Source: Candidatus Latescibacterota bacterium
GTDB taxonomy: Bacteria; Latescibacterota; UBA2968; UBA8231
DNA: 64,000 bases
Assembly (NCBI GenBank): GCA_965215195.1
Contig: CBDCDC010000002.1
Coordinates: forward strand, 3,840,001-3,904,000
Reading direction: 5' to 3'
Under the pieces are notes generated by a model. That model worked only from the letters and a program-made list of their open reading frames with translations, had not been told where the DNA came from and did no database searches. Positions 1 to 9,300 of the stretch are shown here, piece after piece (within the stretch, counting starts at the first letter, position 1; every line of letters begins with the position of its first letter). The translations under genes were made by a program, and so were the position numbers.

Positions 1-222
1 ATCTGTGGAGCCAAATATCAATAAAGGATTCGGAGAAATTACCTACGAGCGTATTTATCTCTCGTAGAACCAAAGGAGATTTTGAACTGTTTTACGGATC
101 AATCTGGAGACATATCACAGAAATTCTAACGGGCTATTCGACAACAGAACTTCGGGAATTTGGTGGGGTCGTATTTGTGGATACCACAACACTGGATCCT
201 CTATTTGAGCCTTCAGTATAAT

Positions 223-720
223 ATGCCTAACAGAAGTAATCTGAGTAATCTGTACACTGGTAAGGCTGGTCATTTAGCCGTTATGGCAGAGCTTCTTTTT
301 CGGGGTTGGAATACAGCCATTCCAGAAGTAGATATAGGCGACGACATTTTCGTCGTCCACGACAGAAAAGGGGACCTGTACCGAGTACAAGTGAAGACGG
401 CTGTGGCAAAATCGCATCAGTATGGGCACAGCGCACAGTTCAATATTCCGATCTCGCAGCTTCAGAAGGAGATGGATCCAGATATAACATACGTTTTTGC
501 GGTTCGGCTCCACACTCGGCATCAAAGCCGTTGGGATGATTTTGTCATAATTGACCGGCGGGATATAGAGAAATACCGGGAGGGTGGCATGGGCAGTGAA
601 AGCAAAGATAGTCTTTTGTTGCGTTTGCGTTTCGAGGAGGAGAGTATTACCTGCAAAGGGTACGACCTATCGCAATACAGAAACGACTGGGATACGCGCT
701 TTCCCGTTATCGAACACTGA
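223..720 (+). CDS. PD-(D/E)XK superfamily nuclease-like protein
   Basis: N-terminal helix 'TGKAGHLAVMAELLFRGW', then 'DIGDDIFV...RVQVKT' (D..QxK nuclease core). ATG at 223 preferred over TTG at 160. More AT-rich than flanks. Confidence 0.65.
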   Translation: MPNRSNLSNLYTGKAGHLAVMAELLFRGWNTAIPEVDIGDDIFVVHDRKGDLYRVQVKTAVAKSHQYGHSAQFNIPISQLQKEMDPDITYVFAVRLHTRHQSRWDDFVIIDRRDIEKYREGGMGSESKDSLLLRLRFEEESITCKGYDLSQYRNDWDTRFPVIEH

Positions 721-776
721 GAGTACTTCGGATCAAAGTGCTCTGAACGAAAAACTTTCTTGGTAGAGGAGATGCT

Positions 777-1376
777 ATGCATGTGGCAGTAATCGGCGCG
801 GATCGCCCTTGGGGAACGCTGCTGGCGGCGGGATTGAGTGCGGAGTTTGAGGTGGTGGCACTCGGCGCAGAAGAGACCAGCGACCTAGCTGGCTACCGGC
901 AGGTCGATTTGCTCCAGCGCGAAGCATTAGACCTGGCACTAACAGGTGTAGAGGCCATCGTCCACGCGGCGGGCGGCGATTCGGTCGGCGACGACGAACA
1001 GGCCCTGCTCGACACTGCGGCGCGAGGTACCTACGTGGCACTGACGGCCGCCTGTGCCGTGGGCATTGAGAAAGTGGTGCTGCTGAGTTGTCTCGATTTG
1101 GTGCGCGACTACCCAGAAGAATATCTAGTGGATCCGCAGTGGAATGCCTTGCCGCGGGCCGAGGCCAAGTCGCTGGCACCGCTTATGGCCGAACTGGTCG
1201 GCCGCGAGATCGCCCGCACCGGACAGCTCGAAGTGCGCTGTTTGCGCCTCGGCGAATTGGGTGCGGAGACCTCGGCCGAAGACGCTGTGGAAGCCGTGCG
1301 CCAAGCCCTTGCTGCCGAGCGCGAAGGGCACCACTGGTCGCTATCACATGTGGCGTCGAGCGGGCGCTTCGCCTAA
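777..1376 (+). CDS. NAD-dependent epimerase/dehydratase-like (SDR) protein
   Basis: Degenerate Rossmann start 'VAVIGADRPWG', 'VEAIVHAA', 'GTYVALTAAC', 'VRCLRLG'; GAGGAG RBS upstream. Confidence 0.65.
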   Translation: MHVAVIGADRPWGTLLAAGLSAEFEVVALGAEETSDLAGYRQVDLLQREALDLALTGVEAIVHAAGGDSVGDDEQALLDTAARGTYVALTAACAVGIEKVVLLSCLDLVRDYPEEYLVDPQWNALPRAEAKSLAPLMAELVGREIARTGQLEVRCLRLGELGAETSAEDAVEAVRQALAAEREGHHWSLSHVASSGRFA

Positions 1377-1385
1377 GGGGGCATT

Positions 1386-2183
1386 ATGGCAACAGTGAAC
1401 GAAGGCAAGGTGGTGTTGTTTGGGGCGGGTGGCCCGGTCGGAGCGTCCGCGATCGTTGCGCTCAAAGGCCACTACACGTTGCGGGTGACCGATCTCCGGC
1501 CGATGACCGAGGTTGCGGTCGCGCCGCCGCAAAGTCCCCGGGCACCGATCCCGCAGGTGCTGGGGCCGCCGCACGAAAATCGGGTTGTCGATATTACCGA
1601 CTACGCGCAAGTGTTGGCCGCCTGCGAGGGCATGGACGCGGCCATCAATGTATCCGTCATCCGGCCGCATCCGGTGCTGGCCTTCCAAGTCAATATGGTC
1701 GGCGCGTACAACGTGGCCAAAGCCTGCGTCGCCGGCCGGGTAAAAAGGCTGATCCACACCGGGCCTTTTCACACTTCGCTGGACCACAATGCCGACTATT
1801 GGAACGACTTTCAAGTGGAAGCCGACATCCCGCTGCATCCAGGCGACGACCTCTATGCGCTGAGCAAGTATTTAGGGGGGCACATTACGCGCGTGTTTGC
1901 CGAGCGCGAGGGTCTAGAAGTGCTCTCCTTTGTCTATACGCATTTTCGCCCAAGGGAAGTGCTGCCCGAGGAATGGGGAAGCGGCGTACATCCATATACG
2001 ACCTCGTGGGAAGATACCGGGGAGGCGTTTTTGTATGGGCTGCGAGCGCCTGAGATGCCGTCGCCCTATGAGAATTTCTTCATTTGCGCCCGGCTGCCGC
2101 ACGACAAGTACCGGCCCGACAAGGCCCAGCGGCTCTTGGGGTGGGAGGCCAAGGACCGGTTTGAAGCTCTGTACCGGCGGTAG
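1386..2183 (+). CDS. NAD-dependent epimerase/dehydratase (uronate dehydrogenase-like SDR)
   Basis: 'VVLFGAGGPVG' Rossmann motif, 'NMVGAYNV', catalytic YxxxK 'YALSK', C-terminal 'KAQRLLGW'. Confidence 0.8.
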   Translation: MATVNEGKVVLFGAGGPVGASAIVALKGHYTLRVTDLRPMTEVAVAPPQSPRAPIPQVLGPPHENRVVDITDYAQVLAACEGMDAAINVSVIRPHPVLAFQVNMVGAYNVAKACVAGRVKRLIHTGPFHTSLDHNADYWNDFQVEADIPLHPGDDLYALSKYLGGHITRVFAEREGLEVLSFVYTHFRPREVLPEEWGSGVHPYTTSWEDTGEAFLYGLRAPEMPSPYENFFICARLPHDKYRPDKAQRLLGWEAKDRFEALYRR

Positions 2184-2221
2184 CATTTGCTATCCGCGAT
2201 AATTCCCGCACCTCTCAACTC

Positions 2222-2243
2222 AAAATGCAGCGAGTGCATTTTT
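2222..2243 (+). terminator. Possible intrinsic terminator hairpin
   Basis: AAAATGCA-gcgag-TGCATTTT inverted repeat running into a T tract, just downstream of the epimerase. Confidence 0.4.
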
Positions 2244-2264
2244 ATAGCCTTGCTTTTCTGCCCG

Positions 2265-2388
2265 TGCCTCGACAAAACCGGTCGGCAGATCGGCTTGGGG
2301 GTCCGGTCCGTTCGCGTTCACTAACGGCTACTATCCCTACGAAGACAACCAAGCCGTGCATCGGGTCTTTGGCGAGCTTCCCCTGAGC
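2265..2388 (+). pseudogene. Internal fragment of a paralogous TonB-dependent receptor
   Basis: Translates (from 2305) GPFAFTNGYYPYEDNQAVHRVFGELPLS, matching GPYAFTNVHRPYDEDQTVHRFFAEIPLS in the receptor at ~7083-7167. Confidence 0.8.
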
Positions 2389-2575
2389 TCCAGCTCGGCG
2401 AGACAGCCCTGTGGCGGAGCTTTCAGCATCTGACCGATTTGACGCAAATGTATCGCACAAAAAAGACAACCCAAAGCAAAAAAAGTGATAAAACCCTAGC
2501 CGCCTCGGAGAAGGGGCCGGGGGAAGAGGCTGCGGGGAGCCTACCCACTGGCCACTATCCACTAAGGAAGACACC

Positions 2576-3310
2576 GTGACCAAAGTCGTGGCCGCGCTAG
2601 TGCGGCGGATCGTGGCCGCGCTGCGCGATTTGGTGCCCATCATCATCGTCATTGCGTTCTTTCAGATCGCGGTGTTGCAGCAGCCCTTTCCCCATCTCGG
2701 GCGCGTCGCGGTCGGGCTGGTCTGCGTGATTGCCGGCCTGACGCTCTTTATTCAGGGACTCGAAAGCGGGCTTTTTCCCCTCGGCGAGGCCCTAGCGCAG
2801 GCCTTTGCGCGCAAGGGGAGCGCGACCGCGCTGCTGGCTTTTGCCTTTTGCTTGGGCTTTGGCACCACGGTCGCAGAGCCGGCCCTGATCGCGGTGGCCG
2901 CGGAGGCGGCCGAGGTGGCCGCGGAAGCCGGTGCCATTGCCAGCGACGATGCAGTGCGCGCCGCGTACGCGTTTGAGTTGCGCCTCGTGGTCGCGGTCTC
3001 GGTCGGCGTGGCGATTGTGTTGGGGGTGCTGCGCATCCTCAAGGGCTGGCCGATTCAGCGGCTGATCATTGGAGGCTACGCGCTCGTTACTGCGATGACC
3101 GCGTTTGCGCCCGACGAGATCATCGGCGTGGCCTACGACAGCGGCGGGGTCACCACCAGTACGATCACTGTGCCGCTCGTCACCGCGTTGGGCGTTGGGC
3201 TGTCCGCGTCGATCCGGGGGCGCAACCCGATGATCGACGGCTTTGGGCTCATCGCGTTTGCCAGCCTGACGCCCATGATTTTTGTACTCGCCTACGGCAT
3301 GGTGGTCTGA
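2576..3310 (+). CDS. DUF1538 family membrane protein
   Basis: Hydrophobic, with '[11 protein letters not shown]', '[21 protein letters not shown]', '[16 protein letters not shown]'. Confidence 0.85.
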   Translation: MTKVVAALVRRIVAALRDLVPIIIVIAFFQIAVLQQPFPHLGRVAVGLVCVIAGLTLFIQGLESGLFPLGEALAQAFARKGSATALLAFAFCLGFGTTVAEPALIAVAAEAAEVAAEAGAIASDDAVRAAYAFELRLVVAVSVGVAIVLGVLRILKGWPIQRLIIGGYALVTAMTAFAPDEIIGVAYDSGGVTTSTITVPLVTALGVGLSASIRGRNPMIDGFGLIAFASLTPMIFVLAYGMVV

Positions 3311-3312
3311 GG

Positions 3313-4104
3313 GTGGAATTCCTGCGTACTTTTGCGGAGACGGCACGAGCCACCGCGCTCGACGTGGTGCCGATCGTCGGCATCCTCGTCCTGTTTCAGG
3401 TCGCGGTGCTGCGCCGCAAGCTGCCCAATCTGCGCCGGATCGCGACCGGGTTCGTCTTCGTCCTGTTGGGGCTCACCCTCTTCCTCATCGGCTTGGAGGA
3501 GGCACTTTTTCCCATCGGCGAGACCATGGCGCGTCAACTCACTGCGCCCGAGACCATTGGCGCGGCGAGCTTGGCCGACGGGGTCGATTGGTACGACTAC
3601 CTGTTAGTCTATGCCTTTGCCGCGGCCATTGGCTTTGCTACTACGGTGGCCGAACCCGCGCTCATCGCGGTCGCGCTCAAGGCCGAAGAGGTCTCGGGCG
3701 GCGCGGTCAATGCCTGGGGCTTGCGGCTCGCAGTGGCGTTGGGGGTCGCTGTGGGGGTGGCACTGGGCTGCTTTCGCATTGTCACCGGCACGCCCCTGCC
3801 CTGGTACATCATTGCCGCGTACGTCGTGGTGATCGTCCAGACCTTTTGGTCGAGCCGGACCATCGTGCCGTTGGCCTACGACAGCGGCGGGGTCACCACC
3901 TCGACCGTCACCGTGCCGGTGGTGACCGCGCTGGGCTTGGGGCTGGCGGCCACCGTGCCCGGGCGCAGTCCCCTGATCGACGGCTTCGGGCTCATCGCGT
4001 TTGCCAGCGTCTTTCCCATCATGTCTGTGCTCGGCTACGCCTTGGGCGCGTCGTGGGTAGGCCGCCGGCGCAACGCCAACACCAACCATTCCGAGGAGAC
4101 CTAA
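3313..4104 (+). CDS. DUF1538 family membrane protein (paralog)
   Basis: Same motifs: '[11 protein letters not shown]', '[15 protein letters not shown]', '[16 protein letters not shown]'. Confidence 0.85.
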   Translation: MEFLRTFAETARATALDVVPIVGILVLFQVAVLRRKLPNLRRIATGFVFVLLGLTLFLIGLEEALFPIGETMARQLTAPETIGAASLADGVDWYDYLLVYAFAAAIGFATTVAEPALIAVALKAEEVSGGAVNAWGLRLAVALGVAVGVALGCFRIVTGTPLPWYIIAAYVVVIVQTFWSSRTIVPLAYDSGGVTTSTVTVPVVTALGLGLAATVPGRSPLIDGFGLIAFASVFPIMSVLGYALGASWVGRRRNANTNHSEET

Positions 4105-4107
4105 GCC

Positions 4108-4458
4108 ATGAGACTCAAGCTGATCGTCGCCTTGGTCAGCGACGACAAGACCGACCCGGTGATCGATGCGGCGAGGGCCGGCGGTGCGACCGGCGCCACG
4201 ATCATCACGGGTGTGCGCGGCGAGGGGCTGAAACCGCAGAAGACCTTTTTCGGCCTCGACTTGGCGGCCAAGCGCGACGTCGTCCTGTTCTTGGTGGTCG
4301 AGACGCGGGCGCGCGACATCTTGGAGCGCATCCGCGAGGCCGGGCGTTTTGAGCAAGAGCCCGGGGCCGGCATTGCCTTCCAGATCCCGATTGAGGACGC
4401 AGTCGGCCTCAGCACCCAACTCCCCACCATCCTCGAAGAGATAGAAGACGAAATATGA
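4108..4458 (+). CDS. P-II family signal transduction protein
   Basis: 116 aa; 'KLIVALV...GATGATII..VRGEG', 'GAGIAFQIPIEDAVGL'. Confidence 0.85.
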   Translation: MRLKLIVALVSDDKTDPVIDAARAGGATGATIITGVRGEGLKPQKTFFGLDLAAKRDVVLFLVVETRARDILERIREAGRFEQEPGAGIAFQIPIEDAVGLSTQLPTILEEIEDEI

Positions 4459-4856
4459 ACGAGAAAAGTACCATTCGGGTCGGAGACGTCATGGGCTCCG
4501 AGCTCTACACGATCGACAGGCTGGCGACCGCGGCCGCGGCCATGGCCCTGATGAAGCGCCACGGGGTCAGCTCGCTGGCGGTTGACCGGCGCGACGACGA
4601 CGACGAATTCGGCCTGCTCGTGGTCGCCGATGTCGCACGCGAGGTAATCGCCGAGAACCGCGCCCCCGAGCGCGTCAACGTGTACGAGATCATGTCGAAG
4701 CCGGTGTTGACCCTGCCGTCGGACATGCTCGCCCGCTACGCAGTGCGCTTGCTCGTGCGCTTTGAACTCTCCCGTGCGGTGGTCGTCGACTGCGACCGCA
4801 ACCCGCTCGGCATGGTGACCTTGCGCGATCTCGTCCTGAGTCATGTGGTGGAGTGA
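4455..4856 (+). CDS. CBS domain pair protein
   Basis: 'RVGDVM', 'VYEIMSKPVLTL', 'GMVTLRDLV'; ATGA overlap with the PII gene. Confidence 0.85.
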   Translation: MNEKSTIRVGDVMGSELYTIDRLATAAAAMALMKRHGVSSLAVDRRDDDDEFGLLVVADVAREVIAENRAPERVNVYEIMSKPVLTLPSDMLARYAVRLLVRFELSRAVVVDCDRNPLGMVTLRDLVLSHVVE

Positions 4857-4892
4857 TGGGTTGCTTTATTCTGGGGCATTTTTCGCATCCTG

Positions 4893-4922
4893 TTGTCCGA
4901 TTCCCTGACACTTTGGTATGAT
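4893..4922 (+). promoter_or_regulatory. Putative sigma70 promoter upstream of the TonB receptor
   Basis: TTGTCC (4893-4898), 18 bp spacer, TG-extended TATGAT (4917-4922). Confidence 0.3.
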
Positions 4923-5057
4923 AGGAGGACCCCGACCAGCACAGAGCAGGCTTTTCAAAAGCGTTAGGGAATCAGCACTTGTTGGAGAAAGATGGTTCGC
5001 ATGTACGGCTTCCAACCACTCAATGCGCTATTTTCAACCTTTAGCAAGTGAAGTAAC

Positions 5058-8000
5058 ATGAGACTGTCGAGCAAGTGCATTTTGCTATTGATCGGGGCCG
5101 CGGCACCCGCAGCGGCGCAAGAGACGGGCACTGTCGCCATCGCCGTGGTCGACGCGGCGAGCGAGCGTTCCTTGGAATCGGTCTTGGTCCATATCCCGGC
5201 CCTGAAACTGGGCGGGTTGTCAGACGCGCAGGGCCAGCTCACCATCCTCGAGGTGCCGGCGGGTTCGCACGAATTGCACGTCGAGTTGATCGGCTATGCG
5301 ACCGCGACCGCGACCGTCGCGGTGGTCGCCGAGCAGACCACGAGCGTTGAGTTGCGATTAGCGCCCAGTGCGCTCCTCCTCGAGGAGGTAGCGGTGACGG
5401 GCACGGCCTTTGAAGAGTCCCCCATCAGTTTGCCCTACGCGGTCGCCGTGGTCGGCCGGGAAAAGATGGAACAGCAGGGGTCTCCGCAACTCGTCGATTT
5501 ATTCAAGAACTTGAGTGCCAGCCACGGGGTAATCGGCGAGCGGAGCAGTTGGTACAACGCCAACCAAGCCGCCACCCTTACGGAGAGCATCGCCAACGTG
5601 AACCTGCGCGGACTGGGGGCTTCGCGGACGCTGGTGTTGATCAACAGCCGCCGCCAGACCTATGTCCCAGCGCGCTTGATTGGTGGGCGCTTCGTGGATG
5701 TAAATGCCATCCCGGCCATCGCCATAGACCGGGTCGAGGTGCTCAAGGAAGGGGCCTCGGCCATCTATGGATCGGATGCCGTGGCCGGCGTGGCCAATTT
5801 TTTGACTCGCGACGACTTTGAGGGCTTTGAGGTCTCGGCTGCCCACGAACATTTTGCCGGCGCGGGCGATACAAACACCGGCGTTATATGGGGTGAGAAA
5901 CTCGGCAGTGCCCATGCGGTTATTGCGGCGGAATGGATGCGGCGTCAGGAGCTGAAGATCACAGAGCGGGACTACCTGCTGCAACCGTGGCACGGCGACG
6001 GGCAGCGCCTAGGATGGTCGAGCATAGGGAATCCCGGCACCTTTGCCGTTGGTTCTCCTGCCCCATGGACCGCCACTATCCACGCCCCCCTTTGTGAGCA
6101 GTTTGGCGGCTTCCGGGAATCTTGGACCTGCCGTTTCCGCTATCAGCCTTGGGACAACCTGATCGAGGACATCAGCCATACCCGCGCTTTTGCCGAGCTC
6201 AATGGTTCTCTGGACAGTGGCACTAATTATCACATCGAGGGTCTGTGGGCCGAGGCCGAGATTCCCGATTGGTACACGACCCCTTCGTATCCCCCTTTCC
6301 CCCTGACGGACACGAGCATCATGGAGGTCGCGCCCGAGCACCCGGGCCGGCAGGCATTCTGCGAGGACTACGGCGGTGAGGCCGGCAGCCCCTACTACGA
6401 CGAATGCCAAGGCGACGAGAACTGGTATTTCAACGGTCGTCCATTTGGCAACTCAGGCCCCGGGCGCACCCTAAGCCGCGACTCCCGCACGTGGCGCGTG
6501 GCGGCTTCCGCGCAGGGCGAATTTGCGTCATTGGGTGGTCGAGAGACCCATTTTGACCTCGGTCTGTCCTATTCCCGCACCGAGGGCAACTACAATCTGC
6601 CGGGGGTGTACGTCGAGCGGATATTCCTCGGCTTCCGCGGTTTTGGCGGGCCAGATTGCGGCGTTGGCGTGGAGGCCGATCCCACATCCCTTGCTGGGAT
6701 GCGGCTCAGCGCGCTCAATGGCCAAGTGGCTGGTCAGGGCAACTGCCAGTACTACAACCCCTTTAGCAATGCCATTGAGTTTTCCCAGCAACCTCGCTCG
6801 GATTTTGCAAACGAGGCGAATCCCAATTACCGCGCCAGCCTTGCCAACAGCCCCGAATTGCGGCAATGGCTCAATCAGGAGGTCGATCTACAAAGCACCG
6901 CGGATATATTGGTCGCCGATGCGACGCTGACGGGAAGCTGGATTGAGGACGTCGCCAGTTACGCGGCCGGCTATCAGTTCCGCCTGCTCAATGCCAGCGG
7001 CGATCCCAACGACCTAGGCGACGTGGAACTCAATCCCTGCCCGGTTGTGGGCGATGACAGTTGCTCAGCGGAAGATAAGTTCGGCCCTTATGCGTTTACG
7101 AATGTGCATCGGCCTTATGACGAAGATCAGACGGTGCATCGCTTCTTTGCCGAGATTCCCCTGAGCTTGGGAGCGCGCTTTGACACCCAGCTCGCCGCCA
7201 ATTACGAGTTCCACGATGTGGCGAGCAGCTTTGATCCCAAGTTCGGTTGGCGCTATCAGCTAGCGGAATCCCCGACCCAATCCTTGTTTCTGCGCGGCTC
7301 GGTGCAGACGACGTTTCGCACGCCCTCGCTGGACGATGTGAATGAAAGCCCGCTTTCGACGCTCGAGTGGATCAATGAGACAGGTGCCTATCAAACGGTG
7401 GACCGATTCGGGAGCAAGGACCTCAAACCCGAACAGGCTTTTACCTATAATGCGGGCCTCGTCTTGGTCACCGAGGCGGGCTTTGACGCGACTTTTGACT
7501 ACTGGAGCTACGATTTCAAGGATGTGATCGGCACCATGCCCTACGGGGCGATTACTAGCCTCTACGCAGACGAGGATCAGAGCATCCGGGACGCAGTGAA
7601 GCGATTCATCGTCTGCCCGGACGGAATAGGCACTGGCACCTGCGCGGCCTCAGCACTCGAGCGGGTGCAAGTTGATCTCGTCAATTGGCCGGGGGTCAAG
7701 ACCTCGGGGTTAGACGTGCATCTGGGGGCGCAAATGCAGGCGGGACCCGGGCAATTTGCGGCCAGTTTGGACGGAACCTATACGCTCGAATACCGGACCA
7801 AGGCCCTGACGCTGGGCGATTTGGTGCTGCAAGAGGAGGCAGACGCGGCCGGCTACCTGAACTTTGGCAATCCCATTGCGACCTCGCTTCCCAAGTTGAA
7901 GAGCCAAGCATCGGCGGGCTATCACTGGGAAACCTATAGCTTCGTGAGTTACCTGAACTACGTTTCGTCTTACGAGGACCGGGGATCGATGAATTCCGCG

Positions 8001-8222
8001 ACGAAGAAAATCAGAGAATTATTCGGGACCATTGACCCGTTCCTCACGTGGGATGTGACCTTCCTGTGGAACTTGTCCAAGGGCGTCCACATCGTGCTTT
8101 CGGGAATGAACCTGCTCGCTAGTAAGCCGCCGCTGGCGAACATTGAGCAAGCGTACGATGGCTTTACGCACGACCCCAAGGGACGGCGGTTGAAGATAGC
8201 GGTCTCTTGGTTTGGCGAGTGA
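5058..8222 (+). CDS. TonB-dependent receptor with N-terminal carboxypeptidase-regulatory-like domain
   Basis: Signal peptide; plug 'VNLRGLGASRTLVLINSRR...IDRVEVLKEGASAIYGSDAVAGVANF'; barrel motif 'DLKPEQAFTYNAG'. Confidence 0.92.
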   Translation: MRLSSKCILLLIGAAAPAAAQETGTVAIAVVDAASERSLESVLVHIPALKLGGLSDAQGQLTILEVPAGSHELHVELIGYATATATVAVVAEQTTSVELRLAPSALLLEEVAVTGTAFEESPISLPYAVAVVGREKMEQQGSPQLVDLFKNLSASHGVIGERSSWYNANQAATLTESIANVNLRGLGASRTLVLINSRRQTYVPARLIGGRFVDVNAIPAIAIDRVEVLKEGASAIYGSDAVAGVANFLTRDDFEGFEVSAAHEHFAGAGDTNTGVIWGEKLGSAHAVIAAEWMRRQELKITERDYLLQPWHGDGQRLGWSSIGNPGTFAVGSPAPWTATIHAPLCEQFGGFRESWTCRFRYQPWDNLIEDISHTRAFAELNGSLDSGTNYHIEGLWAEAEIPDWYTTPSYPPFPLTDTSIMEVAPEHPGRQAFCEDYGGEAGSPYYDECQGDENWYFNGRPFGNSGPGRTLSRDSRTWRVAASAQGEFASLGGRETHFDLGLSYSRTEGNYNLPGVYVERIFLGFRGFGGPDCGVGVEADPTSLAGMRLSALNGQVAGQGNCQYYNPFSNAIEFSQQPRSDFANEANPNYRASLANSPELRQWLNQEVDLQSTADILVADATLTGSWIEDVASYAAGYQFRLLNASGDPNDLGDVELNPCPVVGDDSCSAEDKFGPYAFTNVHRPYDEDQTVHRFFAEIPLSLGARFDTQLAANYEFHDVASSFDPKFGWRYQLAESPTQSLFLRGSVQTTFRTPSLDDVNESPLSTLEWINETGAYQTVDRFGSKDLKPEQAFTYNAGLVLVTEAGFDATFDYWSYDFKDVIGTMPYGAITSLYADEDQSIRDAVKRFIVCPDGIGTGTCAASALERVQVDLVNWPGVKTSGLDVHLGAQMQAGPGQFAASLDGTYTLEYRTKALTLGDLVLQEEADAAGYLNFGNPIATSLPKLKSQASAGYHWETYSFVSYLNYVSSYEDRGSMNSATKKIRELFGTIDPFLTWDVTFLWNLSKGVHIVLSGMNLLASKPPLANIEQAYDGFTHDPKGRRLKIAVSWFGE

Positions 8223-8273
8223 CCGACTCATACATACTGGATTACATCATCTCATCTCATCATTGAGTAGCCC

Positions 8274-9287
8274 ATGATTATATCCCAAATAGCTGTCCAC
8301 CGGCCCGCCGGTCTGTTGCGCATTCTGACCGACACAGGCCTAGAAGGTCGCTGTACTGATGTTGCGGCCACGGTCGCCGAGGCCGATGTGGCCGCGGCGG
8401 CCTCCATCCTCATCAAGGCGAATCCCATCGATCGCGAACGGATATGGCGGGCGTTCAATGAAGTGGACGGAGGGGTGCCTTCCGATCTCCGTGCCTGCAT
8501 TGACGTCGCCTTGTGGGACCTCACGGCCAAGGCCGCTGGCCAGCCAGTGCATCGGCATGTCAACGGCTTTCGCAACCGCATTCCGGTTTGCAGGAGGGGT
8601 GCCGAGCGAAACTCGGCCGCAGAGATCGTCGAGGAAGCAAAGGAAGCGCAGCGGGCAGGTTTCCGGGGGTACAAATTCGACGCCCTTTTGGACGAAGAGT
8701 CGCTCGTCAACCTGATACGCGACGTGCGCCGGGCCGTAGGAGCGGATTTCTGCCTGTTGTTCGACGGCCGGACGCGGTGGGTCATTGACCAAGCGATACG
8801 GATCGGCCGGGCGCTCGACGCCGCGGACTTTTTCTGTTTTGACCAGCCGCGGCCCGACCGCGATATGTCCGGCGGGCGGCAGGTAGCCGCCGCAATAGAT
8901 ACCCCGACCAGCATGGGTGTGTCCAGTCCCATGGAAGCGGCCCAGGTCATGGCGGCCCAGGCGGCCGACCACATCCGCACCGGGGCAACGCGAGCCGGCG
9001 GCATGACGGATGTGCTCAAGGCCGCCCGCTGTGCCGAAGCCTTCGGGGCCTACTGCCATCTGGACGGTTCCGGGATATGCGACGGTTTCGCCCATCTGCA
9101 TCTGGCGGGCACCATTCGCAATACGCCCTTCTTGGAAGTATCCGCGGGACCGTCCTCTGCGCCGTTCATGGAGAATCCGCTGCAGATATGCGATGGGTAC
9201 ATTCAGATTCCCGCTGCGCCGGGACTGGGCATGGAGATCGACATGGGCGTCGTCGGCGAACACACCACGGAACTGATTCAGATCTGA
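8274..9287 (+). CDS. Mandelate racemase/muconate lactonizing enzyme (enolase superfamily), degenerate active site
   Basis: 'IDVALWDLTAKAAGQPV', 'GFRGYK', C-terminal 'GYIQIPAAPGLGMEID'. Confidence 0.85.
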   Translation: MIISQIAVHRPAGLLRILTDTGLEGRCTDVAATVAEADVAAAASILIKANPIDRERIWRAFNEVDGGVPSDLRACIDVALWDLTAKAAGQPVHRHVNGFRNRIPVCRRGAERNSAAEIVEEAKEAQRAGFRGYKFDALLDEESLVNLIRDVRRAVGADFCLLFDGRTRWVIDQAIRIGRALDAADFFCFDQPRPDRDMSGGRQVAAAIDTPTSMGVSSPMEAAQVMAAQAADHIRTGATRAGGMTDVLKAARCAEAFGAYCHLDGSGICDGFAHLHLAGTIRNTPFLEVSAGPSSAPFMENPLQICDGYIQIPAAPGLGMEIDMGVVGEHTTELIQI

Positions 9288-9300
9288 GGATGGATACCCT

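Noticed and set aside
2-67. Possible 3' end of an upstream gene (SVEPNINKGFGEITYERIYLS*)
   Set aside because: Too short to support a call.
4923-5057. Cobalamin/TPP riboswitch in the long TonB receptor leader
   Set aside because: No B12-box or TPP consensus was recognisable.
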